Shown here piece after piece: positions 63,851 through 64,000 of a stretch of DNA of 64,000 nucleotides (position 1 is the stretch's first letter; each line of letters opens with the position of its first letter). The stretch comes from Vicugna vicugna. Taxonomy: Eukaryota. The notes beneath the pieces were generated by a model. The model was given only the letters and a program-made list of their open reading frames with translations, did no database searches and was not told the DNA's origin. The stretch covers positions 4,847,308 to 4,911,307 of the forward strand of contig MU061578.1 in the NCBI GenBank assembly GCA_013265495.1, given 5' to 3'. Made by a program: the position numbers and the translations under genes.

Positions 63851-64000
63851 AAGCAACAAAAGCAAAAATAAACAAGTGGGGCTACATCAAAATAAAAAGC
63901 TTCTGCAGAGCAAAAGAAATGCTCAAGAAAATGAAAAGGCAACCTACTTAATGGGAGAAAGTATTTGCAAACACATGTCTGATAAGGGGCTAATATCCAA

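Overview
Mammalian genomic DNA, most likely a camelid: it carries tRNA-Ala-derived Vic-1-like SINEs and repeated copies of one distinctive L1 3' end. The window holds the 5' half of an ABCA3-like ABC transporter gene on the + strand, best matching ABCA17. I reconstructed 16 coding exons (7815-60411) covering the N-terminus, TMD1, NBD1 and the post-NBD1 region. The gene is disabled by at least seven lesions: two frameshifts, three in-frame stops, a destroyed splice acceptor, and a ~3 kb antisense L1 inserted into coding exon 7 with a perfect 16-bp target-site duplication (TSD). That L1 keeps its 5'UTR and ORF1 but lacks almost all of ORF2, like a half-L1 or spliced element. Introns are dominated by L1, L2, MIR, MaLR/ERV LTRs and Tigger-type MITEs. 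Other notable items are a sharply GC-rich, strongly ABCA3-like island over NBD1 exons 13-14 (possible gene conversion), two U2 snRNA fragments both ending at nt 33, an L1 fragment with ~105-bp flanking duplications, and an L1 3' tail that recurs in chimeric form. I found no convincing wholly new biological system. Family and orthology calls rest on remembered consensus sequences, not database searches, and most ORF-track entries are repeat-derived or chance ORFs.
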